Assembly (NCBI GenBank): GCA_002778465.1
Contig: PFBV01000003.1
Coordinates: 151,736-215,735, forward strand
DNA from: Candidatus Magasanikbacteria bacterium CG10_big_fil_rev_8_21_14_0_10_36_32
GTDB taxonomy: Bacteria; Patescibacteriota; Patescibacteriia; Magasanikbacterales; GWA2-37-8
DNA length: 64,000 bases
Reading direction: 5' to 3'
Shown: in pieces, positions 27,768 through 37,989 of the stretch
Position numbering within the stretch: the stretch's first letter is position 1
How the letters are laid out: each line of letters opens with the position of its first letter
Translations under genes and position numbers: made by a program
Notes under the pieces: model-generated
Database searches by the model: none
What the model saw: the letters and a program-made list of their open reading frames with translations, nothing else
Told to the model about the DNA's origin: nothing

Positions 27768-27770
27768 AAA

Positions 27771-28163
27771 TTAAATTTTTAAACCACCATCTCTGGCACC
27801 TTCGGCCACCGCAGCTACTCGGCCATGGTAACTATAACCACCACGATCCAAAATAGCACGAGTAATATTTTTGTCTTTAGCTTTTTCCGCCAACAACTGT
27901 CCGGCTGTATAAGCAACGGCTATTTTGGTTGATTTTCCCTCAACTTTAACCTTCTTTACTTCGTCAGTGGAAACAGCACACAAAGTTTTACCGGTAGTAT
28001 CATCAATTAATTGCAAAATCATCCTTCGTAAACCACGAAATACCGATAAACGCGGACATTCTGCCGTACCGGACAAAACCATTCTAATCCGATGATGACG
28101 AACTTGTCTTAAATTGTTTTTTGTTTTTTTAAATAATCTTCTCATACTAATTATTGATATCAA
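27771..28163 (-). CDS. rplR: 50S ribosomal protein L18
   Basis: L18 family sequence in conserved order. Confidence 0.9.
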   Translation of the reverse strand: MISIISMRRLFKKTKNNLRQVRHHRIRMVLSGTAECPRLSVFRGLRRMILQLIDDTTGKTLCAVSTDEVKKVKVEGKSTKIAVAYTAGQLLAEKAKDKNITRAILDRGGYSYHGRVAAVAEGARDGGLKI

Positions 28164-28165
28164 AA

Positions 28166-28714
28166 TTATTTGCTGGATTTTGTTGCTGTCTTGCCGGCTT
28201 TACGACGAATAACTTCATCAACATATTTAATACCTTTACCTTTATAAGGTTCTGGTTTTCTTAAATTTCTAATTTGGGCAGCAGTTTCTCCAACTAATTG
28301 TTTATCAATTCCTGAAACTGTAACTACATTTTTCTCCACAGCAAATTTAATTCCAGCAGGTAATTTAAAAAGTATCGGGTGAGAAAAGCCTAATTCTAAA
28401 TTTAAAGCCTCGCCTTTTAATGACACTTTATAACCAACGCCATTAATTTCCAATTGTTTTTGAAAACCATTTGTTACACCATCAAGCATATTTTCTATTA
28501 AACTGGAAAAAGTGCCCCATAAAGAACGATCTTTTTTGTCTTCTGTATTTACCACCATAACAGCAATTTCTCCGTTATTAATAGAAATAGTAACACGAGG
28601 ATGTATAACTTGGCGTAATTCTCCTTTTGGACCGCGAACAATCAATTCATTACCAGATATTTCCACGGTTACACCTTGCGGAATAGTTCTTATTTTTTTA
28701 CCTATACGCGACAT
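28166..28714 (-). CDS. rplF: 50S ribosomal protein L6
   Basis: MSRIGKK...two L6 alpha-beta repeats. Confidence 0.9.
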   Translation of the reverse strand: MSRIGKKIRTIPQGVTVEISGNELIVRGPKGELRQVIHPRVTISINNGEIAVMVVNTEDKKDRSLWGTFSSLIENMLDGVTNGFQKQLEINGVGYKVSLKGEALNLELGFSHPILFKLPAGIKFAVEKNVVTVSGIDKQLVGETAAQIRNLRKPEPYKGKGIKYVDEVIRRKAGKTATKSSK

Positions 28715-28734
28715 ACATTTATGCTTAAAACTGA

Positions 28735-29124
28735 TTAGTAAACTTCACATAATAATTCTCCACCTATTTTTGCATGATACGCTTCCAGACCTGTCATTAC
28801 TCCCTTGGGGGTGGACACTATTGATAAACCAAACCCATTTAACACTTTAGCTATTTCATCTTTTTTAACATAACGACGATGTCCCGGTCTACTGATTCGC
28901 TTTAATTCATGAACCGCCGGTTCACCAGCTTCGTATTTTAATTTAAAAATCAATTCGGGCTTGGTCCCAGATGTTTTTTCAATATTTTCCAAATAGCCTT
29001 CCCTTACCAAAATATCACCTACGGCCATTTTAATATTGGAAAATGGCAAAATAACTTCTTTTTTGTGAACTAAAGAAGCATTGCGAATTCTAGTAAGCAT
29101 GTCAGCAATCGGGTCAGTCATCAT
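28735..29124 (-). CDS. rpsH: 30S ribosomal protein S8
   Basis: MTDPIADMLTRIRNA. Confidence 0.9.
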   Translation of the reverse strand: MMTDPIADMLTRIRNASLVHKKEVILPFSNIKMAVGDILVREGYLENIEKTSGTKPELIFKLKYEAGEPAVHELKRISRPGHRRYVKKDEIAKVLNGFGLSIVSTPKGVMTGLEAYHAKIGGELLCEVY

Positions 29125-29164
29125 AGCTTTATAAAATTATTATTGATAATTAAATTAAATATTT

Positions 29165-29350
29165 TTACCAACTTGATTTTCTTACACCTGGAATTTTTCC
29201 ATCATTAGCCAGTTCGCGGAAACAAATACGACACAAGCCAAAACATCCCATAAAACCATGTTGGCGTCCGCATTTCCAACAACGACGAACAATACGTGTA
29301 GAAAATTTCGGTTTGCGGTTTGATTTTGCGATTTGTGATTCTGTAGCCAT
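29165..29350 (-). CDS. rpsZ: 30S ribosomal protein S14 type Z (zinc-binding, 61 aa)
   Basis: C-x2-C...C-x2-C zinc ribbon (CWKCGR...CRIC). Confidence 0.88.
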   Translation of the reverse strand: MATESQIAKSNRKPKFSTRIVRRCWKCGRQHGFMGCFGLCRICFRELANDGKIPGVRKSSW

Positions 29351-29354
29351 ACAA

Positions 29355-29894
29355 TTACTTTACAAAAGGAAATCCTAAATGAGTTAATAAAGCCCTACCC
29401 TCTTGGGCACTTTTAGTGGTGGAATTAATTGTTATTTCCATTCCATGCGACTTGTCTAATTCACCTGATTTTATTTCCGGAAAAGACATATTTTCCTTAA
29501 AACCAATGGTAAAATTACCTTGCTTATCAAAACCCTTGTCAGAAATTCCATGAAAATCTCTCATACGAGGAAATGTGACATTTAATAATTTTTCCAAAAA
29601 ATAATACATTCTTGGTCCGCGCATGGTAACCACCACGCCAATTTCCATACCTTCACGAATTTTAAAATTAGAAATAGCTTTTTTAGCTTTAGTGCGAACC
29701 GTTTTTTGACCGGTAATTTTTACCAAATTTTTTTCCACATTTTCAATATAATTTGGTTCTTTCAAAAAACGACCAACACCAACATTAATAACGACTTTTT
29801 TAATTTTCGGCACTTCCATTAAACTTTTATAACCCATCTCTTTCATCAAAGCCGGAACTACTTCTTTTTTGTATTTTTCGTATAAATTATTCAT
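29355..29894 (-). CDS. rplE: 50S ribosomal protein L5. Likely start MNNLYEKYKK; the ORF track extends it to 29984 and overlaps L24.
   Basis: L5 family sequence in conserved order. Confidence 0.85.
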   Translation of the reverse strand: MNNLYEKYKKEVVPALMKEMGYKSLMEVPKIKKVVINVGVGRFLKEPNYIENVEKNLVKITGQKTVRTKAKKAISNFKIREGMEIGVVVTMRGPRMYYFLEKLLNVTFPRMRDFHGISDKGFDKQGNFTIGFKENMSFPEIKSGELDKSHGMEITINSTTKSAQEGRALLTHLGFPFVK

Positions 29895-29898
29895 ATTT

Positions 29899-30207
29899 TT
29901 AATCAATAAACTCATTGCATTGGCGGCAAACTCGTTTTTTTGTTTTACCGTCAACTTTATAACCAACACGCACGACCTTAGCACATTTTGGACAAATTAA
30001 CATAACATTACTGATATTCATCGGAGCAGCCAATTCAATTACTTGTCCTTTTTCTCCGCGTTTTTGCGGACGTAAATGTTTCTTCATTATATGTAAACCT
30101 TCTACTACTACCCTATCAGAATCTGAAAAAACCTGTATAACCTTCCCCTCTTTTCCTCGATCTTTGCCGGTAATAGCTTTAACTTTGTCATTAACTTTAA
30201 TTTTCAT
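29899..30207 (-). CDS. rplX: 50S ribosomal protein L24
   Basis: KOW motif MKIKVNDKVKAITGKDRGKEGKV. Confidence 0.9.
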   Translation of the reverse strand: MKIKVNDKVKAITGKDRGKEGKVIQVFSDSDRVVVEGLHIMKKHLRPQKRGEKGQVIELAAPMNISNVMLICPKCAKVVRVGYKVDGKTKKRVCRQCNEFID

Positions 30208-30242
30208 ATTTATATTTTATAATTTTCGTAATTTCCATGTAA

Positions 30243-30614
30243 TTATAATACTTCCGGAGCTAAAGAAATAATTTTTTGAAAACCCTTCGTTCTTAATTCA
30301 CGAGCAACCGGTCCGAAAATACGAGAACCCTTTGGTTCTTTGGTTTTTCTGTCAACAATAACAGCAGCATTTTCATCAAAACGAATATAAGTTCCATCTT
30401 TGCGTCTAATTTCTTTTTTTTGACGAACTATAACTGCATGGACCACTTCACTTTTTCTAATTAAACCTCTTGGTGCGGCTTTTTTTACGGCACAAGTAAC
30501 AATGTCGCCAATAATCGCATATCTCTTTTTGTAACCGCCGAGTACACGAATACACTGGAGCAATTTCGCTCCTGTATTATCCGCTACCGCTATCATTGTG
30601 CGATGTTGTAACAT
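30243..30614 (-). CDS. rplN: 50S ribosomal protein L14
   Basis: [11 protein letters not shown]... Confidence 0.9.
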   Translation of the reverse strand: MLQHRTMIAVADNTGAKLLQCIRVLGGYKKRYAIIGDIVTCAVKKAAPRGLIRKSEVVHAVIVRQKKEIRRKDGTYIRFDENAAVIVDRKTKEPKGSRIFGPVARELRTKGFQKIISLAPEVL

Positions 30615-30636
30615 ATTCTTCTAATTTATCGATAAA

Positions 30637-30915
30637 TTATTTCTGATTCAAAATTTTAACCAATCTCCAACGTTTGGTCTTTGATATTGGACGACATTCA
30701 ACAAATACTACTTTATCACCCATTTTAGCTTCTGATTTTTCATCATGAACATGATATTTTTTATTAACCCGATAAAACTTCTTGTATTTCGGGTGTAATT
30801 TTCTGTTCTCAACATTTACTGTAATAGTTTTATTCATAGCAACAGAAACAGTCTCTCCTGTTAATTCACGTTTTATCTTTTTGATTGTTTTTAAATCTTG
30901 ATCCATAATAATCAA
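30637..30915 (-). CDS. rpsQ: 30S ribosomal protein S17
   Basis: OB fold, conserved order. Confidence 0.88.
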   Translation of the reverse strand: MIIMDQDLKTIKKIKRELTGETVSVAMNKTITVNVENRKLHPKYKKFYRVNKKYHVHDEKSEAKMGDKVVFVECRPISKTKRWRLVKILNQK

Positions 30916-30923
30916 ATTATTTT

Positions 30924-31133
30924 TTAAATCGCTTTGGTTAACACAGTGTTAATTCTGGCAATAATTTTTTTGACAATTTTTATTTTATTAACTTGTTTTA
31001 ATTGTTGACTCTGTATTTTAAAACGCAACTGGCGCAATTCATTTTTTTGCTCCGTTAATAAAGCTTGTAATTCTTTTTTGCTTTTATTTTTAATTTCAGA
31101 AAAATCCATATTATCAAATTTATTTTTTTTCAA
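30924..31133 (-). CDS. rpmC: 50S ribosomal protein L29
   Basis: Small helical protein in the L16-L29-S17 order. Confidence 0.85.
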   Translation of the reverse strand: MKKNKFDNMDFSEIKNKSKKELQALLTEQKNELRQLRFKIQSQQLKQVNKIKIVKKIIARINTVLTKAI

Positions 31134-31533
31134 TATATTTAGTTCTTACGCTAATTTTATAACCAGCCATTTTCATCGCATCCATTGCTGATTCTTTTGT
31201 AATACCGCCCATTTCAAACAATATCGTACCCGGTTTCACTACACAAATATAATGATCCGGTGCGCCTTTACCTCCACCCATCGGCGTTTCATTGCCTTTT
31301 TTGGTAACTGGCTTATCTGGAAATATTCTAATCCAAATTTTTCCACCGCGGCGGACATAACGAGTCAAAACACGACGAGCTGCTTCAATTTGACGACTGG
31401 AAATCCATCCGTGTCCTCCGCTTTTTAAACCAAATTCACCAAAAGATAACGTATTGGTACGTGTCGCCACTCCTTCTTGACGACGGCGGCCTTTATGCCA
31501 CTTGCGGTGTTTTACTTTTTTAGGTAACAACAT
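31120..31533 (-). CDS. rplP: 50S ribosomal protein L16
   Basis: [17 protein letters not shown]. Confidence 0.9.
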   Translation of the reverse strand: MLLPKKVKHRKWHKGRRRQEGVATRTNTLSFGEFGLKSGGHGWISSRQIEAARRVLTRYVRRGGKIWIRIFPDKPVTKKGNETPMGGGKGAPDHYICVVKPGTILFEMGGITKESAMDAMKMAGYKISVRTKYIEKK

Positions 31534-31550
31534 AAAAAATCAAAAATATT

Positions 31551-32228
31551 TTACTCTTTTTCTTCAGTTTTTTTAGCAAATTTATCCCGTCGGCCAAAAA
31601 CCTCTCCATGATAAACCCAAACTTTAATACCTATTTTTCCATAAATCGTGTGAGCCTCAACAAAAGCATAGTCAACATCACTGCGCAACGTGATTAAAGA
31701 CATTTTACCCGCACCCAAAACTTCCCTTCTGGCAATTTCCACACCATTCAAACGACCGGACATTTTAATTTTAACTCCGCGCGCGCCAGCGGCCATTACT
31801 TTCTCAATCGCGTGTTTCATTACACGTCGGAAAGGCATACGTTTTTCAATTTCTGAAACAAGATTCTGTCCGATAATCTGAGCTGATAGGGCCGGTTGTT
31901 TTACCGGTTGAATATTAAGTTTTACTTTTATTTTTCCTTGTAAACATTTTTTTTCAATTTCTTTTCTCAAAATATCCAAACCTTGTCCACTGCGTCCAAT
32001 AATTACACCTGGTTTGGCTGCTAAAATAAAAATTTGCAATTCCTTTGGTGTTCTTTCAATACTAATAGCATCAATCCCCGCCTCTTTCAATTTAACGGCT
32101 AATAATTTACGAATTTCCACTTCTTGTTTCAAAACCTGAGGAAAATTTTCTTTTTTCGCATACCATTTTGAATCCCACGGATAAATGAAAGGAGTGCGAT
32201 AAATTTTTGGATGTACTTTGTGACCCAT
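31551..32228 (-). CDS. rpsC: 30S ribosomal protein S3
   Basis: MGHKVHPKIYR...KH domain. Confidence 0.9.
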   Translation of the reverse strand: MGHKVHPKIYRTPFIYPWDSKWYAKKENFPQVLKQEVEIRKLLAVKLKEAGIDAISIERTPKELQIFILAAKPGVIIGRSGQGLDILRKEIEKKCLQGKIKVKLNIQPVKQPALSAQIIGQNLVSEIEKRMPFRRVMKHAIEKVMAAGARGVKIKMSGRLNGVEIARREVLGAGKMSLITLRSDVDYAFVEAHTIYGKIGIKVWVYHGEVFGRRDKFAKKTEEKE

Positions 32229-32237
32229 AGAAAATTA

Positions 32238-32636
32238 TTATTTTTTTGTTTTAACTTTTTTTGCTTCAACTTTTTTTGTTTTAACTTTTTTTGCTTCAAC
32301 TTTTTCTTCAATTAAAACCAAATTGATATGGGAGGTTCTTTCTCTAATCGGGGTAGCACGTCCATGAGCTTTAGGCATCCATCGTTTCAAAACAGGACCA
32401 CCGTCTACGGTAATACTCTTCACTCGTAAATTATCAACTTCCAATTGAAAATTGTTTTTAGCATTTGCAACAGCTGATTTTAATAATTTCAACAAATATC
32501 TGGCCGCTTTTTTATTCATTAAAGACAAGCGGTCAATCGCTGTTGAAACTTTCCTTCCACGCATTAAATCAGCGACTAGTCTGACTTTTCGCGGACCCAT
32601 TCTTAAAAAACTTAATTTTGCTTTTACTTCCTGCAT
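32238..32636 (-). CDS. rplV: 50S ribosomal protein L22 with a Lys-rich C-terminal tandem repeat
   Basis: L22 core. The C-terminus (EE)KVEAKKVKTKKVEAKKVKTKK is encoded by a perfect 33-nt tandem duplication at about 32241-32306. Confidence 0.88.
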   Translation of the reverse strand: MQEVKAKLSFLRMGPRKVRLVADLMRGRKVSTAIDRLSLMNKKAARYLLKLLKSAVANAKNNFQLEVDNLRVKSITVDGGPVLKRWMPKAHGRATPIRERTSHINLVLIEEKVEAKKVKTKKVEAKKVKTKK

Positions 32637-32646
32637 ATTATTTTAA

Positions 32647-32961
32647 TTATTTTTTAGGCGCTGAAGATGAAGCATTGGCTGCCGCTTCCTGCTCTTTAGC
32701 CATCTTACCACCATGTCTGGTAAATTTACGGGTTGGCGAAAATTCACCCAACCGATGACCTACCATATTTTCATCCACAAACACACTAATAAAATCTTTT
32801 CCATTATGAACCAAAAAAGTCATTCCGACCATTTCCGGAGAAATAACACAAGCACGTGACCAAGTTTTTATTGGTTGGCGTTTTCCGGTGGCTTTCAAAG
32901 CAGCCACTTTTTTCAAAACTCGCGGATCAAGATAAGGTCCTTTTTTTAAACTTCTAGACAT
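32647..32961 (-). CDS. rpsS: 30S ribosomal protein S19
   Basis: [10 protein letters not shown]... Confidence 0.9.
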   Translation of the reverse strand: MSRSLKKGPYLDPRVLKKVAALKATGKRQPIKTWSRACVISPEMVGMTFLVHNGKDFISVFVDENMVGHRLGEFSPTRKFTRHGGKMAKEQEAAANASSSAPKK

Positions 32962-32967
32962 ACTTAT

Positions 32968-33804
32968 TTATTTGCGTCGTGATTTAATAATAAATTTATT
33001 ACTCCATTTTTCCGGTTTTCTGGTACGCACACCCATAGCAGTTTTTCCGTAAACAGTTTGCGGACCACGTTTCTGACCAATCGGACTATGACCTTCACCA
33101 CCACCATGCGGATGATCAACCGGATTCATATTTTTACCTTTAACAGTCGGTTTAATACCACGGTGGCGCATTCTTCCGGCTTTACCCCAACGAATCAAAC
33201 GTCGATCTGAATTTCCCAAAACACCAACAGAGGCGGATCCTTTTTTTAATACAGCTCTGATTTCTCCGGATGGTAATTTAATTTGAGCATATTCTCCTTC
33301 AAAACCAACCAATTGGGCGGACATTCCTGCTGAACGAACTAATTGTCCTCCTTTGCCAGGAGTTAATTCAATGTTATATACAAATAAACCAGTGGGAATA
33401 TTCATCAACGGCATCCGGCAACCATTCTTAGTTTCAATTGTTTTGTCGGATGACATTACTTTATCGCCCACTTTTAAATTTGTCGGGCATAAAATATATG
33501 ATTTAGTTCCATCATCATATTTTATTAAAGCAATACGCGGACTGCGATTCGGATCATATTCAATAGCTAATACTTCAGCCGAAATATCAAATTTTTGTCG
33601 TTTAAAATCAACCAAACGATAAAATTTCTTAGCACCACCACTTTTATGTCGAACGGTAATAATTCCTTGATTATTACGACCGGATTGCGGACGCAAAATG
33701 CGAATCAATGATTTTTCTGGTTCTTTTTTTGTAACATCAGAAAAAGAATCAACACTTGAAAAGCGTCGTCCCGGAGTGGTTGGTTTGTAAACTTTAACTG
33801 GCAT
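32968..33804 (-). CDS. rplB: 50S ribosomal protein L2
   Basis: L2 signature ...HPHGGGEG. Confidence 0.92.
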   Translation of the reverse strand: MPVKVYKPTTPGRRFSSVDSFSDVTKKEPEKSLIRILRPQSGRNNQGIITVRHKSGGAKKFYRLVDFKRQKFDISAEVLAIEYDPNRSPRIALIKYDDGTKSYILCPTNLKVGDKVMSSDKTIETKNGCRMPLMNIPTGLFVYNIELTPGKGGQLVRSAGMSAQLVGFEGEYAQIKLPSGEIRAVLKKGSASVGVLGNSDRRLIRWGKAGRMRHRGIKPTVKGKNMNPVDHPHGGGEGHSPIGQKRGPQTVYGKTAMGVRTRKPEKWSNKFIIKSRRK

Positions 33805-33831
33805 ATTATTTAAAATGTTTTATTTTTGTTT

Positions 33832-34269
33832 TTATACTCCTTCGTGAATAGTAATTGTTTTTCCAATCGGCAAAGTCACCAAGGCTTTTTTATAATCAGA
33901 ACGACGTCCATTGTTACGTCCAAATCTGACACTTTTACCTTGAACATTAACCATATTTACTGCAATTGGTTTTATGCCGTACAATTCATTAACTGCTCGT
34001 TTTATCTGTTCTTTCGTAGCTTGTCTGGACACTATAAAACCATATTTATTCAAACTCTCCATAACCGCTGTTTTTTCGGTTACCAAAGGTTTAATAATAA
34101 TTTTTTCAGCCAACAAACCAGCGGCTTTTTGTTCTGATTTTTCCTTTTTCGTTTCATTTTCAACGATAGCCTCTTTAATTTTTTCTTTTTGAACTTTCGG
34201 TGTTTTGGCCGATTTGACAGTTCTGGCTTTCTTTTCTTCTTGTTTTTTCCAGCGATCTAATAAACCCAT
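33832..34269 (-). CDS. rplW: 50S ribosomal protein L23 with an N-terminal extension of about 50 aa rich in Lys and Glu
   Basis: C-terminal L23 domain. N-terminal extension KKQEEKKARTVKSAKTPKVQKEK.... Confidence 0.85.
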   Translation of the reverse strand: MGLLDRWKKQEEKKARTVKSAKTPKVQKEKIKEAIVENETKKEKSEQKAAGLLAEKIIIKPLVTEKTAVMESLNKYGFIVSRQATKEQIKRAVNELYGIKPIAVNMVNVQGKSVRFGRNNGRRSDYKKALVTLPIGKTITIHEGV

Positions 34270-34289
34270 ATTTCTAAAATTATTTGAAA

Positions 34290-34919
34290 TTATTTGCTAA
34301 AAACTTCTTCTATTTTTTTAACAGCATCTTTACTGGCTACTACTGCGCTATTCTTTAACAATTCCATAACATTAATATCTTCAGCTCGCATAGTTTCCAC
34401 TTTTGGTAAATTTTTTGTCATTCGAATAACTTTAATATCTTTACCGGCGGTTAAAACTAAAACAGTTTTTGTTTTTATTGGTAATTCTTTTAAGAAAGCG
34501 GCAAATACTTTTGTTTTCTGATCGGTAAAATTAAAATCTTCAATAACTAGTAATGTTTCGTTTTGAGCTTTGTCAGTCAAGCACATTTTAATGGCTGAAC
34601 GACGAATTTTTTTATTAATTTTTGTTTTATAATTTCTAGTTGATAAAGGACCAAAAGTCACACCTCCGCCCTTCCAAATAGGAGAACGAATTGAACCATG
34701 TCTAGCTCTTCCAGTACCTTTCTGGGCCCACGGTTTTTTACCACCACCACTTACTTCGCCTTTTGTCTTGGTGTCAGCCCAAGGTTCGCGCTGATTATTG
34801 GTTTGTTGGACAAAAACTGTGTGAACAATTTCCGGTTTTATCGCAACATTAAACACAACATCCGAAACTTCCATTGTGCCGATTGATTTTCCAGTTAAAT
34901 TGTAAACTTTTAATTTCAT
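34290..34919 (-). CDS. rplD: 50S ribosomal protein L4
   Basis: L4 family sequence in conserved order. Confidence 0.9.
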   Translation of the reverse strand: MKLKVYNLTGKSIGTMEVSDVVFNVAIKPEIVHTVFVQQTNNQREPWADTKTKGEVSGGGKKPWAQKGTGRARHGSIRSPIWKGGGVTFGPLSTRNYKTKINKKIRRSAIKMCLTDKAQNETLLVIEDFNFTDQKTKVFAAFLKELPIKTKTVLVLTAGKDIKVIRMTKNLPKVETMRAEDINVMELLKNSAVVASKDAVKKIEEVFSK

Positions 34920-34945
34920 ATTTTTTTCAAAAACTAAATCGGAAA

Positions 34946-35692
34946 TTAATTGTCTTTATTTTCCGTATTTTCTTCCACTTTGATTTCTTCTGCTGTCGGG
35001 GTTTCTGTTACCAGAGTTTCTGTTACCGGAGTTTCAACACTATTCTTCTTCTCTACTTTCAATTCACCAGGACCGATAATAATAACTGTAGCATTTCTTC
35101 CTCCCGGCAAAGCGCCTTTAACTAAAATTTCATTTTCTGATGGATTAACTTGGACAATTTCTAAATTCTTAACCGTCACTTGTTGTCCACCCATTCTTCC
35201 AGCCATACGCATTCCTTTGAAGACACGTTGTACACCGCCCGCGCCAATACTGCCTGGAGCACGTAAATTATCTTTATGTCCGTGAGAAGCAGGACCACCG
35301 GCAAAATGATGACGTTTAACCACACCCGCAAAACCTTTGCCTTTAGAAATTCCTATTACTTCCACAACATCTCCCACATCAAAAGTGGAAACTGTAACAT
35401 CATCACCTCTTTGCCAATCACCAATTTTATCCACAGAAAAGTCATGTAAAACACGGACGGGTCTCAAATCTTTCAAATGTCCGGCTTGTGGTTTTTTTAA
35501 ACGAAAAGCTTTAACTTCATTAAAACCAAGCTGCACAGCAGACTGTTGTTTATTTCCTCCAATTTTAATTTGCGTGATTTGGCATGGTCCGGCCTGAACT
35601 TTGGTAACCGGAACTACTTCGCCAGTCGGCGAAAATACCTGGGTCATGCAAATTTTCTTTCCTAAAATAAATTTCATATGTTTAATCGTCAT
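34946..35692 (-). CDS. rplC: 50S ribosomal protein L3 with an acidic C-terminal extension
   Basis: L3 core. The tail ...VETPVTETLVTETPTAEEIKVEENTENKDN. Confidence 0.9.
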   Translation of the reverse strand: MTIKHMKFILGKKICMTQVFSPTGEVVPVTKVQAGPCQITQIKIGGNKQQSAVQLGFNEVKAFRLKKPQAGHLKDLRPVRVLHDFSVDKIGDWQRGDDVTVSTFDVGDVVEVIGISKGKGFAGVVKRHHFAGGPASHGHKDNLRAPGSIGAGGVQRVFKGMRMAGRMGGQQVTVKNLEIVQVNPSENEILVKGALPGGRNATVIIIGPGELKVEKKNSVETPVTETLVTETPTAEEIKVEENTENKDN

Positions 35693-36065
35693 TGCTCCAT
35701 ATTCTGATTTTCATCAGAACTCCCATCCCTGAGATGGAGATAACTTATTAAATTATTCTTCTAACAAAAAACTAGAAGCAGCAACATCGAATTAACAAAA
35801 AAATTATGATGTTCTTGCTTCTAGCCTTTTTCGCAAATGCGAACCCTTTTTCAAAAAATATTTGATTCAGGTTTATTTCTTAAAAATTTAAGAAATAAAA
35901 ATTGGCTTTTATTATTAATTTTCAATATGTTTTCTCCCTGCTTTTCCGTTATGCTTAAATGTTTTTTGATCCCGAATATCGGAATACAAATCTTATTTAT
36001 TTAAAACGGTCAGCAAATTTCTTATAGAGCTTACTCTGTTTTAAAAAATCTGTCAAGCCCTTGCT

Positions 36066-36407
36066 TTACATTTTAATTTCAACATCAACACCCGCCGGTA
36101 AACTCAAACTCATAAGGGCATCAACGCATTTTGGTGAAGCGTTCAGAATATCAATCAAACGTTTATGAGTACGCATTTCAAATTGTTCGCGCGCATTCTT
36201 ATGAACAAAAGTTGAACGATTGACTGTGAAAATATTTTTCTCAGTCGGCAATGGAACAGGACCAACCACTGTAGCTTCGTTGCGCTCAGCGGTATCAATT
36301 ATGGTCTTGGTAGCCTGATCAATAACTTTATTGTCATAAGCGCGAATTTTTATGCGAATTCGACTTATTTCACCAGTTTTTTTAGTTGTCGCAGTAGCTG
36401 CTTTCAT
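36066..36407 (-). CDS. rpsJ: 30S ribosomal protein S10
   Basis: ...IRIKIRAYD... Confidence 0.9.
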   Translation of the reverse strand: MKAATATTKKTGEISRIRIKIRAYDNKVIDQATKTIIDTAERNEATVVGPVPLPTEKNIFTVNRSTFVHKNAREQFEMRTHKRLIDILNASPKCVDALMSLSLPAGVDVEIKM

Positions 36408-36471
36408 GTTTTTTAATTCAATGGACTAAAGAACTTTTGTTAAATTAGATAAATCTCATATTATCTGCGTT

Positions 36472-36516
36472 CCGCTCGGAAATGAAAATAAATTTTCATT
36501 TCACTCGCTTCACTTG
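36472..36516. repeat. Palindromic element (GAAATGAAAAT-AA-ATTTTCATTTC) in the S10 leader. Related to the element at 43348-43391 and to the DGR-target leader repeats.
   Basis: ccgctcggaaatgaaaataaattttcatttcactcgcttcacttg, about 75-80% identical to the 77-bp repeat unit core (gctcatataatgaaaaataaatttttcatctattcacaacttg). Confidence 0.6.
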
Positions 36517-36523
36517 ATAACAG

Positions 36524-36557
36524 AAAAGGGGGTGTTTTGGTTATACACCCCCCATCT
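36524..36557 (-). terminator. Intrinsic terminator downstream of tuf
   Basis: Minus strand: GGGGGGTGTATAACCAAAACACCCCC followed by TTTT. Confidence 0.6.
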
Positions 36558-36560
36558 ACT

Positions 36561-37751
36561 TTATTTAATAATTTTACTTACCACAGCGGCGCCAACAGTG
36601 CGTCCGCCTTCGCGAATAGCGAATTTCATTTTTTCTTCAATAGCAACCGGTTTAATTAATTTGATAATCAAATTAACGGTATCGCCAGGCATAACCATTT
36701 CTGTGCCGGCCGGTAAAGTGACTTCACCGGTAACATCGGTTGTTCGGACATAAAATTGTGGTTTATATCCATTAAAAAACGGTTTGTGACGACCACCTTC
36801 TTCTTTGTTCAATACGTAAACTTGAGCTTCAAATTCAGTGTGTGGAGTAATAGAACCCGGTTTAGCCAAAACCATACCACGTTCAACTTCTTCTTTCTTA
36901 ACACCACGAAGCAAGATGCCGGCATTATCACCAGCTTGACCTTCTTTCAAGCTCTTGTTAAACATTTCAATACCGGTAACCACTGTCTTTTGTGGTTCAT
37001 CGGTCAAACCAACGATAGAAATTTCATCGTTGACATGAATAACACCGCGATCAATACGACCGGTTACAACGGTACCGCGGCCTTCAATAGAGAAGACATC
37101 TTCAACGGCCATCAAAAACGGCTTATCAATTTCACGTTGCGGATCCGGGATATATTCATCTAATGTTTTCAAAAGTTCTAAAACAGGTTTAGTTACTTCT
37201 TCATCAGTCGGATTTTCCAAAGCTTTTAAGGCTGAACCACGGATAATTGGAGTGGTATCACCAGGAAATTCATATTTATTTAACAAATCACGAACTTCGG
37301 CTTCAACCAAATCAATCAATTCCGGATCGGAAACTTGATCAACTTTGTTCAAAAACACAACAATGCGAGGCACACCAACTTGGCGAGACAACAAAATGTG
37401 TTCGCGAGTCTGTGGCATCGGACCATCGGCGGCTGACACAACAACAATCGCGCAGTCCATCTGGGCGGCGCCGGTAATCATGTTTTTGATATAATCGGCA
37501 TGGCCCGGACAATCTACATGAGCATAATGTCGTTTTTCGGTTTCATATTCCACATGAGCAGTGGAAATAGTAATACCGCGGGATTTTGATTCTGGAGCTT
37601 TGTCCAAATCTTCAACACCCTTTTTTTGCGCAGTCATTCCGCGCGCGTTCATCACCTGCAAAATTGCAGCGGTAAGAGTAGTCTTACCATGGTCAACGTG
37701 GCCAATAGTACCAACGTTAACGTGCGGCTTGTTTCTCAAAAACTCAGCCAT
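36561..37751 (-). CDS. tuf: Elongation factor Tu
   Basis: [19 protein letters not shown]. 396 aa. Confidence 0.95.
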   Translation of the reverse strand: MAEFLRNKPHVNVGTIGHVDHGKTTLTAAILQVMNARGMTAQKKGVEDLDKAPESKSRGITISTAHVEYETEKRHYAHVDCPGHADYIKNMITGAAQMDCAIVVVSAADGPMPQTREHILLSRQVGVPRIVVFLNKVDQVSDPELIDLVEAEVRDLLNKYEFPGDTTPIIRGSALKALENPTDEEVTKPVLELLKTLDEYIPDPQREIDKPFLMAVEDVFSIEGRGTVVTGRIDRGVIHVNDEISIVGLTDEPQKTVVTGIEMFNKSLKEGQAGDNAGILLRGVKKEEVERGMVLAKPGSITPHTEFEAQVYVLNKEEGGRHKPFFNGYKPQFYVRTTDVTGEVTLPAGTEMVMPGDTVNLIIKLIKPVAIEEKMKFAIREGGRTVGAAVVSKIIK

Positions 37752-37989
37752 ATTAATAATTACGCTTTACGGCACTGACCCGAGTGGTCGGGCAGATTTG
37801 TTATCCAGCCGTTATTATTTTAAATAAGCCAACAACTTTTTGACTAATTAATAAGCGGTTTATTTCTTATTAATCAAGCATTTTTTTATTAAATTGACAG
37901 CTTGATTTACCAGTATAGCAGATTTTAAAAAAAATGCAAGGGGTTAACCTGTGGACAACCGATTTTACCTAAAATACGCCAAAAAACCA

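Noticed and set aside
32129-32311. ORF encoding MKKKLKQKKLKQKKLKQKKLKQK...
   Set aside because: Alternate-frame reading of the L22 C-terminal 33-nt tandem repeat, overlapping rpsC and rplV. Artefact.
33353-37477. Multiple 60-135-aa plus-strand ORFs inside the ribosomal protein, tuf and fusA genes (for example 34950-35285, 36756-37163, 41476-41658)
   Set aside because: Antisense to highly conserved, well-supported genes on the minus strand. No start or RBS context.
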